This document shows positions 63,577-64,000 of a DNA stretch of 64,000 nt, piece by piece. The first letter of the stretch is position 1. Every line of letters begins with the position of its first letter. Made by a program: the position numbers and the translations under genes. The DNA is from an uncultured Desulfosarcina sp. (lineage in GTDB: Bacteria; Desulfobacterota; Desulfobacteria; Desulfobacterales; Desulfosarcinaceae), in NCBI GenBank assembly GCA_963674945.2, contig CAXXWQ010000003.1, forward strand, positions 1,184,001 through 1,248,000, read 5' to 3'. Below the pieces are notes generated by a model that saw nothing but the letters and a program-made list of their open reading frames with translations, made no database searches and had not been told where the DNA came from.

Positions 63577-63604
63577 TTCGCTTTGATGAACAGGGAGTAA
63601 TATA

Positions 63605-64000
63605 ATGACCACTGTTTTAGTTAACAATTGCCCCCCCGAAGCTCATCGCCTACTCATGGACGTTCTTCAGGACAGCGCCACCATTATTGAAGAGCCATAT
63701 GATGAGGAAAAAGAAATAACGGGTTACGATTTAGTTATTCTCTATTCCAATGGAGAGAATGACCAGAGCGTATTACCCAAAATCAAAAACCTGCATTCAC
63801 GCACAAAGTTTCGGAATATTCCCATCATCTTGTTGAAAGACAAAGCCGAACAATTCACCGAACAGCCATATATCAACTTTGGGGTCTCCGAATTCATGGC
63901 GATGGATGATCCCCCACCGGTATTTCGGCAAATTCTGCAAGGCTATTTGAATCCCAGTCGACAGCCTCTCGAGGAGGAATTGGTTTACCTGGAGCCGTTT
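63605..64000 (+). CDS. degenerate receiver-like protein, runs off window (possibly a CheX fusion)
   Basis: SD GGGAG; open frame to the window end, with FRNIPIILL and ending YLEPF. Confidence 0.6.
   Translation, partial: MTTVLVNNCPPEAHRLLMDVLQDSATIIEEPYDEEKEITGYDLVILYSNGENDQSVLPKIKNLHSRTKFRNIPIILLKDKAEQFTEQPYINFGVSEFMAMDDPPPVFRQILQGYLNPSRQPLEEELVYLEPF

Overview
The window is 64 kb of bacterial chromosome. Gene content (Hcp, desulfoferrodoxin, a UxxC selenoprotein, many sigma54 promoters, PilZ, USP and receiver proteins) suggests a Desulfobacterota sulfate reducer; this is inference. It is an accessory stress, osmoadaptation and envelope region: RND efflux plus MlaEFD, a hybrid kinase, an IS66-family element with an 8-bp target duplication, MprF, ferritin, ion transporters, an orphan groEL, a sigma54 activator, Hcp, amylosucrase, class I aldolase, sucrose-phosphatase, a NarL-type two-component set and CheY-like genes. 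Three highlights: (1) an uncharacterised module at 19.1-29.6 kb combining a signal-peptide-bearing dikinase-like protein, two exported SxxK serine hydrolases, an ATP/ADP-translocase-HEAT fusion and a Na/Pi cotransporter, a candidate periplasmic ATP-driven phosphorylation system; (2) a selenocysteine peroxiredoxin-like gene that the ORF track truncates; (3) about ten or more remnant or deletion-fused chimeric genes. No rRNA, tRNA or CRISPR array was recognised. All family calls come from motif recognition by eye, not database searches.
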